A DNA stretch of 64,000 nt from a virus (IMGVR_UViG_3300032303_001195:1-64000), one strand, 5' to 3'; shown: positions 11,044 to 20,752, counted from the stretch's first letter. The notes: generated by a model not told the origin, from the letters alone. Numbers and translations are program-made.

Positions 11044-12782
11044 TGGCTAGATTTACTAATCCAGCTGGATCAGTCAGCAACGAAGTGCCATTTAATCTTT
11101 ATGATAACAACAACGACCAGTTACTTGAAATTTCCAAAACTGGTACTGGAACCACTCGCATTGAAACTATTCAAGATGATTTATCTCTTCGTTCTGCAAG
11201 AGACATAACTCTTTATGCTGGCAGTGAAGGACCTGGAGAAGTTTATATTGGATGGGGAGATGCTACTTATACCCCCGATTCTCCAAACAGAGTTGCTACT
11301 GTTGGTTATGTTGATGATGCGGTAGATTCTGCAACTGGACTTAGTGGAGTCGTTACTCAGCCTTGGGGATATCCAACAGAATCAAGTGTGGCTATTCGTC
11401 CAGAACTTGCTGGAGAAGGTATAGCTCTCAAGTCAAGTCAGTCTACTGCTATTCGTTGGCATGTTCGTGAGAACTCCCCAAGTGTTGTAATTGCTGATCT
11501 TACTCCAACTGCAGCTGTTGTCACACCAACTGAGGGTGGATATTACGTTGATTTTACAATCAATGAACAAGACTATGCTCCAACTACAGAACAGCACTAC
11601 TATAATGTAGATGCTCCAGAGAGTACAAGCTATAACGGAAACTTTTTACCTGTTTCATCTACCACTACGTCTCTTAGACTTTTTTATGAAGCAGATCCTG
11701 GCGTATTTAACGCAACTAATGCTGAAATTGCACAGCCATCCGTTTATTCTCAGTTTGAGGTAAATGAAAATGGTGCATATATTAAAATTGCCAACTGGAC
11801 AGACGGTCCTGGTGGATACTCACAGTCATGGCAGTTTACAAAAGAAGGTGCAATTCACTTTCCTTACCAACAGTCTAATCAAAGAGCTGGCTCTGGAGAT
11901 GTTCTAAAGTTTGCACAATCATACGATCAAGCAATTATTACTGGACCAGAAGCTACAACTGCAAACCCAACAGCAAATAGAATTGTTGTTGCAGGTCAAG
12001 ATGGTGCTGCTGGTGAAAGTTTTGATGGTGAGGGTGGAGATATCTATCTTTGGGCTGGTCGTGGAGGCGGAGCTAATGGCGGTGGTGGAGATATTAAGAT
12101 TGATGCTGGTAACGGTGCTACTGCTGGTCAGGGTGGGTATGTAAAGGTCCGTGGAGGATACTCCGATAACGGCAACGGTGGATACATAAATATTGATGGT
12201 GGAGATTCTTATACTCAAAATGGTGGACAGATTAATATTAGAGGTGGTCAAAATAGTACTGGAACAGGAGGCGGTGGTCAAGTTTATATTCAAGGTGGAT
12301 ATAGTGCCGATCCTACGCTTGGTGGAGCTATTACTATAACAACTTTTCAGTCTGCACCGATCACAATTTCTGGTGCTGGTGGAGAGTTCTTGAATGATCC
12401 AGCCGTGCCAGGAAATCAAATTGCAACTATTGGGGACACTGCTAAGATCCCACAGACTTATTACGATGCAACAGAAAACTATAATCTTCAAGCAACTGAT
12501 GCTGGTAAGCACATTTACATGGTAAATAATTATGCGATCATTGTTCCTACAGATAGCACACTAAACTTTCCAATTGGAACAACTATTGTTCTTGTAAGCA
12601 CAGATAACAATGCAGGTGTGGTTTGTGAAGATTCAGGAACCACATCAGTTTGGGGTGCAGGTTATGAAGAAACAGACGCAGGAAGTGGTTGGTGCATTAC
12701 TAATCGTTCAATGGCAACACTATTAAAGACTGGTGCTAACGAATGGATGCTAAGTGGTGCTACCCTAACTTTAGGATGGTAG
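11043..12782 (+). CDS. Virion fibre/spike-like protein
   Basis: Gly-rich GGxxxIxGG repeats and a C-terminal FPIGTTI...ATLLKTGANEWMLSG module typical of phage fibres. Confidence 0.65.
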   Translation: MARFTNPAGSVSNEVPFNLYDNNNDQLLEISKTGTGTTRIETIQDDLSLRSARDITLYAGSEGPGEVYIGWGDATYTPDSPNRVATVGYVDDAVDSATGLSGVVTQPWGYPTESSVAIRPELAGEGIALKSSQSTAIRWHVRENSPSVVIADLTPTAAVVTPTEGGYYVDFTINEQDYAPTTEQHYYNVDAPESTSYNGNFLPVSSTTTSLRLFYEADPGVFNATNAEIAQPSVYSQFEVNENGAYIKIANWTDGPGGYSQSWQFTKEGAIHFPYQQSNQRAGSGDVLKFAQSYDQAIITGPEATTANPTANRIVVAGQDGAAGESFDGEGGDIYLWAGRGGGANGGGGDIKIDAGNGATAGQGGYVKVRGGYSDNGNGGYINIDGGDSYTQNGGQINIRGGQNSTGTGGGGQVYIQGGYSADPTLGGAITITTFQSAPITISGAGGEFLNDPAVPGNQIATIGDTAKIPQTYYDATENYNLQATDAGKHIYMVNNYAIIVPTDSTLNFPIGTTIVLVSTDNNAGVVCEDSGTTSVWGAGYEETDAGSGWCITNRSMATLLKTGANEWMLSGATLTLGW

Positions 12783-12783
12783 T

Positions 12784-13377
12784 ATGAGCGTTTTTGCAGC
12801 CACTCTTGGAACTAGTTTTTATGTTCCTTCAGGACCACCACCACCTTCAGTAATTGATCTTGGTGCTGGATATGGTCCTACTGCCAATCCTTCTGATGGC
12901 ACACTATTCAGAAGAGAATACATTGGATACCATACTGATGATATGAATTGGTTTTTATCAGCACCACTTTTAAATGCTCTTGCAGATCCAGGAATAACTG
13001 TTAATGAAACTACTACTAATAATGAATTAAGTGATAACTTCTCAGTTATGTGGACAGGATATTTTTATGCCCCATCTGGTGGTCAGTATAGATTTGGTAC
13101 AGCAAGTGATGATGGATCATACTTATGGATAGGCGATAAGGCTATTAATGACTGGAGAGTAGTAACAGCTGATGTACAAAATGGTGGTCCTCATGGATTA
13201 ACTCCCATTGAAAACACAACAGATGTTTTAATGGTTGGTGGAAGATGGTATCCAATCAGAATGGTATTTGGTGAATTTACTGGTGGAGCAGTATTCTCCA
13301 TGTCAGTAGAATTAGTTGGTAGTGGACCTGTAACTCCAATATGGCAATATAGCCAAGGTAGCCCTGAAGGGTTCTAA
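12784..13377 (+). CDS. PA14-domain (carbohydrate-binding) protein
   Basis: NFSVMWTGYF..P..G.Y.F...SDDGSYLWI...YPIR..FGE..GG. Confidence 0.8.
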   Translation: MSVFAATLGTSFYVPSGPPPPSVIDLGAGYGPTANPSDGTLFRREYIGYHTDDMNWFLSAPLLNALADPGITVNETTTNNELSDNFSVMWTGYFYAPSGGQYRFGTASDDGSYLWIGDKAINDWRVVTADVQNGGPHGLTPIENTTDVLMVGGRWYPIRMVFGEFTGGAVFSMSVELVGSGPVTPIWQYSQGSPEGF

Positions 13378-13378
13378 G

Positions 13379-13709
13379 TGGAAGTGCTGGGAATCGAACC
13401 CAGGTCCTAATCAGTTGTTGTCGGTATTCTACATGCTTAGATAGTTTCTCGAAGAGGTCTGGTTGCCACTATCAAGTCCAGATCCTTTTAACTATACCAT
13501 CCTAAGAAGCATCACATTATTTTACTGAGGATACCCACTGAGCGTGACCACTATAAGGTATCGGCTCTTTTTAATTGCCCTCGGAAGTTAGGCAGCTAGA
13601 GCGTAGCTGGATTTGTCTGCACTTATCCCTTTGTCACCAATCAAGTGATCGTGACAGTCACTACATGCTTCCCCGACACTGAGTGATTAGTCGAAAACCT
13701 TTCACTCCC
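13379..13709 (-). ncRNA. ssrA: tmRNA, tag peptide (A)ADKSSYALAA
   Basis: 5' GGGAGTGAAAGGTTTTCGAC and 3' GGACCTGGGTTCGATTCCCAGCACTTCCA form an Ala-type acceptor stem with G3-U. Resume codon follows ATAAGT at 13620, and the tag stops at 13588. Confidence 0.92.
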
Positions 13710-13728
13710 TTACGCTATTTAGTTATGA

Positions 13729-13986
13729 TTATAGTATATCACTTTGTTCACGTTCATATGTACGACGCTTGTGACAGTTTGCACAAACGACTTCACACTT
13801 AGCAACTTCTTGCCAAGCAGATTCTACACCGTACTTTTTGAGAACACGATAAACATTATCTACTTTTTTAGATCCAGGTAAATGATCAAACTCTAACATA
13901 TAGTGAGGATAATAGTTTCCACAGTCAGTGCATCCTGCGTCTTCTTTATATTGACGGAATGCTGGTAGGTAAAATCCTGGGGACAT
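13729..13986 (-). CDS. HNH endonuclease-like protein
   Basis: CTDC...LEFDH...CEVVCANCH. Confidence 0.8.
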   Translation of the reverse strand: MSPGFYLPAFRQYKEDAGCTDCGNYYPHYMLEFDHLPGSKKVDNVYRVLKKYGVESAWQEVAKCEVVCANCHKRRTYEREQSDIL

Positions 13987-14020
13987 TAATACTATTATAG
14001 CGTAACTGTTATAATAGAGT

Positions 14021-14704
14021 ATGGACATTGTTTATATTTGCCGTGAAGGTGACAACGAAGAGTTAAGATACTCAATTAGATCAGCAGTAAAAAACCTCCC
14101 TCATGATAATCTGTGGGTAGTTGGAGGGAAGCCTGATTGGTATACTGGCAAGCATATACCAGTAGAACAAAATAGATCATACTACGTAAATGCAAGAAAT
14201 AACTTAAGGGCTATTTGTGCCAGTAGAGACATCTCAGAAAGCTTTGTGCTGATGAATGACGACTTTTTTATAATGAACCCTACCCAAGGTATCCCCTATT
14301 TTCATTGTGGGTATTTAAAAGATAGAATTGAAAGAAGATTAACTAATGATAGAGCTAACATGTATACATATTATTTAAATCAAACATATAGTGATCTGTT
14401 TCAAAAAAGAATTTATAAACCAGTAAGCTATGAGCTTCATGTACCATTTGTTTTTGAAAAAGAAAAACTATTTGATGTACTAGGATATAAAGGTTTATGG
14501 AGATCTTTGTATGGGAACATTTATAATGTTGGTGGAGAACAAATGGAAGACGTAAAGCTTTTTAAATCTGAAAACCCATATGCAAATCATTCGTTTGATA
14601 TGGAAACTGCAACATTCGTGTCAACTGAAGATGAAGCGTTTCCACTATACAAAGAATGGTTCCAGAAGAAATTTCCAGAACCATCTTTGTTTGAGTCCCC
14701 TTGA
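14021..14704 (+). CDS. Stealth-family-like sugar-phosphotransferase
   Basis: DIVY, ELRYSIRS..KN.P and SESFVLMNDDFFI resemble Stealth conserved regions. Confidence 0.6.
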   Translation: MDIVYICREGDNEELRYSIRSAVKNLPHDNLWVVGGKPDWYTGKHIPVEQNRSYYVNARNNLRAICASRDISESFVLMNDDFFIMNPTQGIPYFHCGYLKDRIERRLTNDRANMYTYYLNQTYSDLFQKRIYKPVSYELHVPFVFEKEKLFDVLGYKGLWRSLYGNIYNVGGEQMEDVKLFKSENPYANHSFDMETATFVSTEDEAFPLYKEWFQKKFPEPSLFESP

Positions 14705-14768
14705 CTGGATTCGAACCAGCGACACAAGGATTAGAAGTCCTATGCTCTATCCACTGAGCTACAAGGGG
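14696..14768 (-). tRNA. tRNA-Arg(UCU)
   Basis: CCCCTTG/CAAGGGG acceptor, CTTCTAA anticodon loop, GGTTCGAATCC T-arm. Confidence 0.92.
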
Positions 14769-14778
14769 CAGGGTATTG

Positions 14779-15381
14779 CTAGAGACTAATAGCCTTAGCA
14801 AATACAACCCTGGAAGCCATCTTCGATGCACTAATAATTGCAATAGGTGCAGAGACGGCTAGAACAACACCAGCATACATCTGTGGCTGTGTCCAATCCC
14901 AATTCCAATAATCGAATGTGTGAAATGCATTGGCAAGAACTGCAATAGTAGCAAATCCAATCATGCCCATAATTGCACCCCAAGTCTTTTCAGGCTTACC
15001 GTTTTCATCTACACGAGATGCAAGAACTAGATAGGCAATCAAGAAGAGCAGGTACATCAACTCAACGAAGAAGAAGAATAGTCCTGCCATCCAGTCTGCA
15101 GATAGTCCTACAAACTGTGCTACAGCTGTAATCCCATTAAATGATACGATAGCTGATGCAACGAATGCAATCAGGATACCTGTAATCCAAGAGCCAAGAA
15201 CAATCTTCTGGTCGATCTGTACTCTTGGTGCTCGCTTTGCTTCTTGTGCAGCATAGATGTCCATCTTCTGCCTCTTAGCAGCGTACTGGGCGTTTGTAAG
15301 ACCACCACGACTGCGATTCTTTGTTGGCTTAGGTGTTTCTTGTGGTGTCTCCACAGGTGTTCCATATCCAGTTTGTGCCAT
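14779..15381 (-). CDS. Multi-pass membrane protein
   Basis: Four hydrophobic segments, with GGAGG RBS before the ATG at 15381. Confidence 0.75.
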   Translation of the reverse strand: MAQTGYGTPVETPQETPKPTKNRSRGGLTNAQYAAKRQKMDIYAAQEAKRAPRVQIDQKIVLGSWITGILIAFVASAIVSFNGITAVAQFVGLSADWMAGLFFFFVELMYLLFLIAYLVLASRVDENGKPEKTWGAIMGMIGFATIAVLANAFHTFDYWNWDWTQPQMYAGVVLAVSAPIAIISASKMASRVVFAKAISL

Positions 15382-15460
15382 TTTATTTGCCTCCATTACT
15401 CGTTTTACTTCCTTCCCAATAATACTATCTTTTAGTGTCATTGCTCCTCCATTATACCAG

Positions 15461-15536
15461 TCCCCTGGGTGGGGATTGAACCCACATGTACCGATTACCC
15501 TTTCTACACCTTATAAGAGTGAGGGGATACCAGGGG
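15461..15536 (-). ncRNA. tRNA-like element (UAU anticodon loop) lacking a D-arm
   Basis: Acceptor CCCCTGG/CCAGGGG, T-arm GTGGG-TTCAATC-CCCAC, loop CTTATAA in stem CACT/GGTG. No D-stem and a long 3' linker. Confidence 0.7.
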
Positions 15537-15543
15537 AAACCCC

Positions 15544-16245
15544 TTATAAAAATATTCTAGATGTTGTAGGAAATGCTTCTGCTGTAAGATCACGAACAGC
15601 TTTTGCATAATCCTGAATTTCTTTTTGTGCGTCGTGCTCTACCCTCTGATTAATAAAATGCATAACAGAATGAAGGGAAGCGGTCCAACGCCAACGAACA
15701 TACATACCATAAGCAGGAAGAAAGAGACGTGCGAGTTCGGGTGCAACACCATCGTCAATAGCAGAGTGATAGAGATCTGTACCGCTAGCAATAGTGTCCA
15801 CAAGCTTGCTGAAATAATACTGTCCGATATCGTCATTTACTGGTTCTCCACTACCCTGTTTACTATTTTCTGGCTTACTTCGCCATTCATTTTTTAGAGG
15901 TACATAGAACTGTTCATTCTCAGTAATGTACCTACGACTAGATTCATTCCAGCCATTTTGATCATCAACATGTGAAGAGCCAACAGCATACTTCCACCAC
16001 TGACGTGCTACAAAAAGTGGGGCATAGACTTCAAAAGTCATAGCAGCATGACGAAATGGAGAGGTATGACCGTTCTCCCATAAGAAGATAAGTAATCGTT
16101 CATCACGATCTTCCAGGTATTCAATCTCTTTATCATAGGATACACGAGCAGCATTTACAACACTTGTATCATCACCAAGCGTATCAACTAAACGTACGTA
16201 TCCTTCGTCAAGAACATTAATCTTCAAGATATTCTCCACGGTCAA
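15544..16245 (-). CDS. thyX: Flavin-dependent thymidylate synthase
   Basis: VNAARVSY, HTSPFRH, APLFVARQW, NESSRRY, HDAQKEI. Confidence 0.92.
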   Translation of the reverse strand: MTVENILKINVLDEGYVRLVDTLGDDTSVVNAARVSYDKEIEYLEDRDERLLIFLWENGHTSPFRHAAMTFEVYAPLFVARQWWKYAVGSSHVDDQNGWNESSRRYITENEQFYVPLKNEWRSKPENSKQGSGEPVNDDIGQYYFSKLVDTIASGTDLYHSAIDDGVAPELARLFLPAYGMYVRWRWTASLHSVMHFINQRVEHDAQKEIQDYAKAVRDLTAEAFPTTSRIFL

Positions 16246-16540
16246 TAATCTCTCGTAGTTCTACAAACTTTTGATTCACATGCTCTTCGTCAATAACCAT
16301 ATAAAAGTCTCCATACTTAGCATTTTGCTTAAGCCCAAACCCTACAAGGTCTGCCCACACATTACCCCACCAACGCTTAATCCAATTATCTGTTTGCTTA
16401 ATACGAACGGTATCAAAACCAAACTCAAAGATAGTATCGTCAAGGTTCCCTGTCATTTCAGCCATAATATATTTAAGATCTGCCTCACTGTAGGGAATAG
16501 AATAGGTAGCATTACTACTGTCAATATATTCGATTGTCAT
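16217..16540 (-). CDS. Hypothetical protein
   Basis: GGAG RBS before MTIEY. Confidence 0.65.
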   Translation of the reverse strand: MTIEYIDSSNATYSIPYSEADLKYIMAEMTGNLDDTIFEFGFDTVRIKQTDNWIKRWWGNVWADLVGFGLKQNAKYGDFYMVIDEEHVNQKFVELREIIDRGEYLED

Positions 16541-16541
16541 T

Positions 16542-16733
16542 TTACTCCGATCCAAGAATTGCATATGCAAGTGCAATAGCATTACGTACATGTGGAACCT
16601 TACGGTCCTGCAAATTTACCAAAGCATACTCAAGAATATTAATCATAGGATCAACAGTCAAGTCCTCTGGTTCATCAATCTTCCATTGATTTAGTTTATC
16701 AATTGCTGAATTAAGCAATACGTTTGGTTCCAT
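16542..16733 (-). CDS. Hypothetical protein
   Basis: AAGGAG RBS before MEPNV. Confidence 0.65.
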   Translation of the reverse strand: MEPNVLLNSAIDKLNQWKIDEPEDLTVDPMINILEYALVNLQDRKVPHVRNAIALAYAILGSE

Positions 16734-16734
16734 T

Positions 16735-16893
16735 TTAATCTCCTTCATATTGATATAATCTATAATCATCTTTACGCTTGTCAATCTTCTTGACGTAATA
16801 TTTATCTGTTTCGTAAAGATCATTATAATAAATTGCTGACCTTACAGCTTTGTTCTCTGTGTCATACATAAAGATAACTTTACCTTCACGCAT
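16735..16893 (-). CDS. Hypothetical protein
   Basis: Short ORF tiling the operon. Confidence 0.5.
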   Translation of the reverse strand: MREGKVIFMYDTENKAVRSAIYYNDLYETDKYYVKKIDKRKDDYRLYQYEGD

Positions 16894-16903
16894 CAGTAGC
16901 CAC

Positions 16904-17086
16904 CTAAGACTGCTCAACTCGTGTACCTCTTTCAAATCCTGCAAGATATCCATCTTTCCAGGCATACATCTCTTCCTGAGATACCTTGCCCTCAAGTTTG
17001 CTTGCCCAATCAGCCATATCTTGTTTTGCATTACTAGAAAGCTTCTCAAGCTTACGCTTATTTCTGCGGTATTCTGATCTATCCAT
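16904..17086 (-). CDS. Hypothetical protein
   Basis: MDRSEY..., sharing an E...WK.G...G motif with 17621..17797. Confidence 0.6.
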   Translation of the reverse strand: MDRSEYRRNKRKLEKLSSNAKQDMADWASKLEGKVSQEEMYAWKDGYLAGFERGTRVEQS

Positions 17087-17352
17087 TACACACCTTAATG
17101 ATAATTGCAAAAACAATTGATAGGACTATTCCTACAGTCATGATTGCAGACTTCAAGTCTTGATTCTTATAATCCATTATATCACTCGTCAACTTCTTCT
17201 AAACACTCTTCTATGAAATGACCAGCGGTAATACTACAAGAGAAACAAATAGTAGCATACCTTTTACTATAACTCAAGCTTGCCACTCACAGACAATGGC
17301 ATTGATATATGCAATAGCCATTTTAGGACTAATAAAGTTATCTAGGCAATCT

Positions 17353-17547
17353 TTAGTTACTTCTGCGATTGCTTCCATTGGTGCTGATTGGGTGTCGAAC
17401 CCCTTGAGATTGACGTGCATCGATTCTCTTTTCATTGTAGTATCTGATTACGTCGGCTAAATAAATATACGCTCCGCCAACTTTTCTAAGATCATCAGAA
17501 ACCTCTATGGCTTCTTCTGGAGACATCCAACTTCTATCAAATGTCAT
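17353..17547 (-). CDS. Hypothetical protein
   Basis: Leaderless ORF downstream of a TTGACA promoter. Confidence 0.5.
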   Translation of the reverse strand: MTFDRSWMSPEEAIEVSDDLRKVGGAYIYLADVIRYYNEKRIDARQSQGVRHPISTNGSNRRSN

Positions 17548-17620
17548 AACTAATTGTCTCAGACTCTAGTCTTAATGTCAAGCTTATACACCACAAACTT
17601 TACATCTATTATCGTCACAC

Positions 17621-17797
17621 TCAGAGCAGATCTCGTTCACGGTTCTCCATTGCTTCCTTGATTGCATTGCAACCATCCATGAATCCTGACTTCCAAAGTG
17701 AAAGCTCTTTATCATTAGGAAGATAACCAAAGATCTCCTGGAACTCGTCTAAGAATGCTAATGCATACTTATCTATAATTTTATCTATATCTGACAT
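17621..17797 (-). CDS. Hypothetical protein
   Basis: Leaderless ORF starting MSDIDK. Confidence 0.6.
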   Translation of the reverse strand: MSDIDKIIDKYALAFLDEFQEIFGYLPNDKELSLWKSGFMDGCNAIKEAMENRERDLL

Positions 17798-17869
17798 ATA
17801 TCTATAATACCACGCCCCAAAAGCTCGGCGGCACATAAGAAGTAATCCGTGCGAAACGCACGATATATA

Positions 17870-17898
17870 TTGACATTACGCCAGTATTCCTATACACT
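17870..17898 (+). promoter_or_regulatory. Housekeeping-sigma promoter, leaderless
   Basis: TTGACA-17 nt-TACACT, with an ATG 6 nt downstream. Confidence 0.75.
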
Positions 17899-17904
17899 AG
17901 AGGT

Positions 17905-18012
17905 ATGAGAAAAGGTGGGAGAATCCCTAGTGGTTGGTGCATGACAGGACACCACTGGGAATGTCCTGTTGAATTTAGTTTCGGAAGGTGCGTGTGTACA
18001 TGCCACGAGTAA
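17905..18012 (+). CDS. Small Cys/His-rich protein (35 aa)
   Basis: MRKGGRIPSGWCMTGHHWECP...CVCTCHE. Confidence 0.6.
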   Translation: MRKGGRIPSGWCMTGHHWECPVEFSFGRCVCTCHE

Positions 18013-18197
18013 AGCGTTTGTTTAAGCCTGGGGTAGATGATCCACAGGCAATATTTAAGTATGGCAAGGAATGCGGTGCAGAAGAAGAGCGTGAACGTAT
18101 CATCAATAAGATTCTCAATGACAAAGAGCAGCGATGGATCACTAATGATTTTGATATTGACGAGATAGCCTTAAGGAGGTTTATATATGACTCGTAG
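18000..18197 (+). CDS. Hypothetical protein
   Basis: Overlapping operon ORF. Confidence 0.6.
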   Translation: MPRVKRLFKPGVDDPQAIFKYGKECGAEEERERIINKILNDKEQRWITNDFDIDEIALRRFIYDS

Positions 18198-18393
18198 TAT
18201 AAATAACGCCTACTGGATATCAGTGGGAATACAGCGAGAAAGAGAAGCAACAATAGAACTAATAAAGAAACTACAGAAGATACAGCATAGTGACTTTATT
18301 AGTGGAGATGCAATGACATTCATTATTGAAAACGAAGAGCATCTAAAGAAAGAAGAAAAAGATCATCCATTTATATATGAAGGTTGGGACTAA
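18187..18393 (+). CDS. Hypothetical protein
   Basis: AGGAGG RBS. Confidence 0.65.
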   Translation: MTRSINNAYWISVGIQREREATIELIKKLQKIQHSDFISGDAMTFIIENEEHLKKEEKDHPFIYEGWD

Positions 18394-18605
18394 TGCCAAT
18401 TAAGAAAGAGTACACAGTATTCTCAGCAGAAGGATACAAGCAGAAAAATTCTTTCAAGGATAAGAAGGGTATTCGTTATGTGTCTTTTCATGTTCGTGAT
18501 GCTCAGTCTAATGTTTTCCTTGAGCTTACTATTGATCAAGCAAAGGAAGCTATCCAGGATATCGAGAAGGCAATAAAAGAATCAAAAAAGAATAGTGTAT
18601 TTTAG
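18393..18605 (+). CDS. Hypothetical protein
   Basis: Translationally coupled start. Confidence 0.6.
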   Translation: MPIKKEYTVFSAEGYKQKNSFKDKKGIRYVSFHVRDAQSNVFLELTIDQAKEAIQDIEKAIKESKKNSVF

Positions 18606-18618
18606 GGGGGGGTATGAA

Positions 18619-19131
18619 ATGATTGAAGTAACACTATCAAAAGAACGTGTAGCAGAAACACTAGAATTCGTAAAGGCTATGCGTGAAGCAAAAGAAAAGC
18701 ACAATGTAACTGATAAGATGTTTGATCGTAATAACACATCTTCAGGTATCAATGTCATTGGGCATCTTGGAGAACAGGCTATTGGACAAGCACTAGGATT
18801 TCCAGTTGATACAACTGTATTGATTGGTGGAGACAATGGGTCCGATATGGTTGTTGATGGTATGACTATTCAGGTAAAGACCAGCCAGCTGAAGAGCCTT
18901 ATCTTCAATGCTTCTTGGCAGTTCAAGTCTGATATTGCTGTCCTGGTACAGTATGTTGGCGAAGATAAAACCAAGTCAGAAGAAGATCCTCGGTTCATTA
19001 TCTGGGGGTATGTAGATAGGGAAACATTCAAAGCTAACCACTATAAGAAAGACTATGGTTATGGAGAACGTCTCGTAATGGATGCAAAGGATCTATTGCC
19101 TATTGAGTCTCTGCAATTTGCGAGGGTATAA
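18619..19131 (+). CDS. PD-(D/E)xK nuclease-like protein
   Basis: GxLGE...GSD...IQVKT motif. Confidence 0.55.
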   Translation: MIEVTLSKERVAETLEFVKAMREAKEKHNVTDKMFDRNNTSSGINVIGHLGEQAIGQALGFPVDTTVLIGGDNGSDMVVDGMTIQVKTSQLKSLIFNASWQFKSDIAVLVQYVGEDKTKSEEDPRFIIWGYVDRETFKANHYKKDYGYGERLVMDAKDLLPIESLQFARV

Positions 19132-19826
19132 AACGATGCGTTCGTAATACCTATATATAGAATAAGCCCTAGTCAGAATACATTGTTTTGATTGGGGTTT
19201 TTCTATTTGCCACATAGCCACATATGCGAAGATCATGTTACCCCCAAACATTCCCAGGACTATATATAGTGCTTCGTAATCCTTTTTTATACTATATGTA
19301 GATAGTTATGCACAGGTTTATTCACAGATTATCCACATATATCTGACTGAATATATAAATATAGACTAAGTGTTGTTTGATAGGATAGTGTTTGAGTAAT
19401 TGCGCCTCTATATCTAGGGGCTTCGTAATCCCCCAAACACTACATCTAGTATCCAAATATCCAAATCAAACAATCCACATAGCCCCAAGTCCCCAAACAA
19501 TGTATTTGAGAAGCCCAAATAAGTGTTTATATATATAGGGAAAATGATCTATTTTGATCAGAAATGTATTCATATATATAGGATTTGTTTATATATAGGG
19601 GATATTTGTAGGATTTCGTAATACCCTGGCGGATCCCCCCAAAAATCGGGGGTATTGTTAATGCCTACCAAACCACAAATTAACCACAGTAATACAAATA
19701 CCCAATAGAAGTATAAACACTATAGCTGCGATATCCATTTGATCTCCTTTCGTAAAAAGTCCCACGATTTTTTTAGGTCCTTCGTAATGTTATTTTTTGA
19801 TTTGGTGATTTGGATGCCCTAGGGGT
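19132..19826. repeat. AT-rich non-coding region with iteron-like repeats and tandem DnaA boxes
   Basis: TTCGTAA(T) at 19141, 19273, 19422, 19615, 19749, 19781. Also TATATATAG and CCCCAAAC repeats, and DnaA boxes at 19306, 19318, 19329. Confidence 0.8.
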
Positions 19827-19836
19827 GGGCGCCGCC

Positions 19837-19858
19837 CCACCTCCCCGAAGGGAGGCAG
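19837..19858 (-). terminator. cUUCGg hairpin, exact 22-bp repeat of 22153-22174
   Basis: CCTCCC-TTCG-GGGAGG on the minus strand, between a stop codon and the palindrome. Confidence 0.6.
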
Positions 19859-19867
19859 GGGTAGCAA

Positions 19868-20173
19868 CTACTCTTCTGAGTCAGCCTTGAGGTTTAGGTT
19901 ATCATTGGCAAGATTTACAATATCATTAAGGCTCTCAAACCCTGTATCCTCTAAGCCATAGATAGCCAGCAAGACATCAAATGTCTCGTTGATAAACTTT
20001 TCGGACAACTCGGTAGGCTCTACAATGCCATAAGCCAAAGCATAGGCAAGGGGTAGACCCAAGTCGTTGTAGTCAATGAAGTCCTCAAAGTCTGATTCGT
20101 TCTTGTATGTTACCCATAACTCAGCAAGGATTTCACACTTGCTAGAAAAGGGGGTCGATGTTGTTTCTGACAT
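19868..20173 (-). CDS. Hypothetical protein
   Basis: MSETTSTPFSSKCEILAELW...YNDLGLPLAY. Confidence 0.75.
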   Translation of the reverse strand: MSETTSTPFSSKCEILAELWVTYKNESDFEDFIDYNDLGLPLAYALAYGIVEPTELSEKFINETFDVLLAIYGLEDTGFESLNDIVNLANDNLNLKADSEE

Positions 20174-20351
20174 ATTCCATTTCTCTCTCATATTGTGCTG
20201 ACTCTGCAATTACGATAATGCGATGATAAGATACATTCGGTGCTTGTCTACCAAGATACCTTCCAACTTCCTCGATATCTAGTGTCAGGTCATTTACTAT
20301 TGTGGCAAGTTTTTTAGCCGCTTTTTCCTCTTCTGTTAGTTGCTTTTTCAT
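20142..20351 (-). CDS. Hypothetical protein
   Basis: ORF with GGAG RBS. Confidence 0.7.
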   Translation of the reverse strand: MKKQLTEEEKAAKKLATIVNDLTLDIEEVGRYLGRQAPNVSYHRIIVIAESAQYEREMEYVRNNIDPLF

Positions 20352-20377
20352 ATTACTCCAGTTTAGCAGTTGGTTGG

Positions 20378-20752
20378 CTAGTTGTCAATACCCTGCATTT
20401 GGTACGGTGGAAGATTGTTAAGGTAATCAACAATACGCTGTGGTACGTTCTTGTATACCTGAAGAATTGAATAACTATCTAACCAAAAATCTTCATCTTG
20501 AGCATAGTCGCCTCCGTCATCAATCCCAACACCAAGAGTCATCTGGTCAGCTTCTTCCTGAGTTAAATAAATATCTAGCTCTTGTCGCTCACGTCCTGTG
20601 CCATAAGATGCATAGTCTTCTGCAATCTCATTAAAGCTAAACTTCCATTGTGAGTTTTCCTTGGTAGGCTCTTCCCCATTCATGAGGTTGTGCCATCCTA
20701 GGTTCCAGATGTTGACATCATATACGTTATCTAATTCAACTCTCATTGTCAT
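20378..20752 (-). CDS. Hypothetical protein
   Basis: Acidic 124-aa ORF. Confidence 0.7.
   Translation of the reverse strand: MTMRVELDNVYDVNIWNLGWHNLMNGEEPTKENSQWKFSFNEIAEDYASYGTGRERQELDIYLTQEEADQMTLGVGIDDGGDYAQDEDFWLDSYSILQVYKNVPQRIVDYLNNLPPYQMQGIDN

Noticed and set aside
18605-18612. Poly-G tract as phase-variation switch
   Set aside because: A single 8-G run in an RBS position with no frame consequence. It could be sequencing noise.
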